From the NCBI GenBank assembly GCA_030390025.1, contig CM059438.1, positions 66,156,001 through 66,220,000 of the forward strand: a stretch of 64,000 bases of DNA, written 5' to 3'. Position 1 is the stretch's first letter. Every line of letters starts with the position of its first letter. Made by a program: the position numbers and the translations under genes. The notes beneath the pieces were generated by a model. That model searched no databases. It was not told the DNA's origin and was given only the letters and a program-made list of their open reading frames with translations. This stretch comes from Squalus acanthias (taxonomy: Eukaryota). Shown here one piece after another: positions 63,570 through 64,000 of this stretch.

Positions 63570-64000
63570 TTGTAGCCCCATTCATGTCCTCAGGAGGTCC
63601 CAAGAAACTTCAGTCGATTCATTTCTTTTCAAGTGCGGTTGTTTTATAGGCAAACGTGGCCGCCAATTTGCCCAGAGCAAGATCCCACAACAACAATGAG
63701 ATGAATGACCTGTTAAACTGCTTTTTTGGGATGTTAATTGAGGGAAGAACGTTGGCCAAGGCATCAGGAAAACTTCATGCTCTTCTTCAGATAGTGCCAT
63801 TGGATCTTTTACGTCCACCCGAGAGGGCAAAAAGCGTCACAGTTTAACGTCTCATCTGAGAGAGAGCATCTCCAACAATGCAATACTTACTCTTTACAGT
63901 AACAAGGTGTCAGCCTAGATTTATGCATTCAACTCCTGCAGTGGGTCCTAAACTCACAGCCTGCTGATTCAGAGGGAAGAGTGCTACCACTGAATCAAGC
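63570..64000 (-). mobile_element. Deu-domain SINE (diverged)
   Basis: Homologous to 20356-20820. Confidence 0.7.

Overview
This is vertebrate genomic DNA, not prokaryotic. The repeat complement (CR1 LINEs, HE1-like V-SINEs, SacSINE1-like Deu-SINEs) points to a cartilaginous fish, probably a shark. The only host gene I can support is the 3' part of BRINP1 (DBC1/FAM5A) on the + strand: three coding exons (18764-19000, 21803-22025, 30012-31152) with canonical splice sites and consistent phases, followed by the 3' UTR and downstream DNA. The rest is mostly transposon-derived: a near-full-length dead CR1 LINE, many CR1 and L2 3' ends, an L1/Tx1 RT fragment, SINEs, Harbinger-like and Tigger-like MITEs, and two LTRs. 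The most striking signal is three short, near-perfect palindromic Penelope-like insertions (about 23.9, 43.8 and 55.5 kb). Each carries a minimal type-I hammerhead ribozyme motif on both strands, two have 13-bp target-site duplications, and the helices covary between copies. Repeat boundaries are approximate unless a TSD or terminal motif is quoted. Family names come from recalled consensus sequences, not from a database search.
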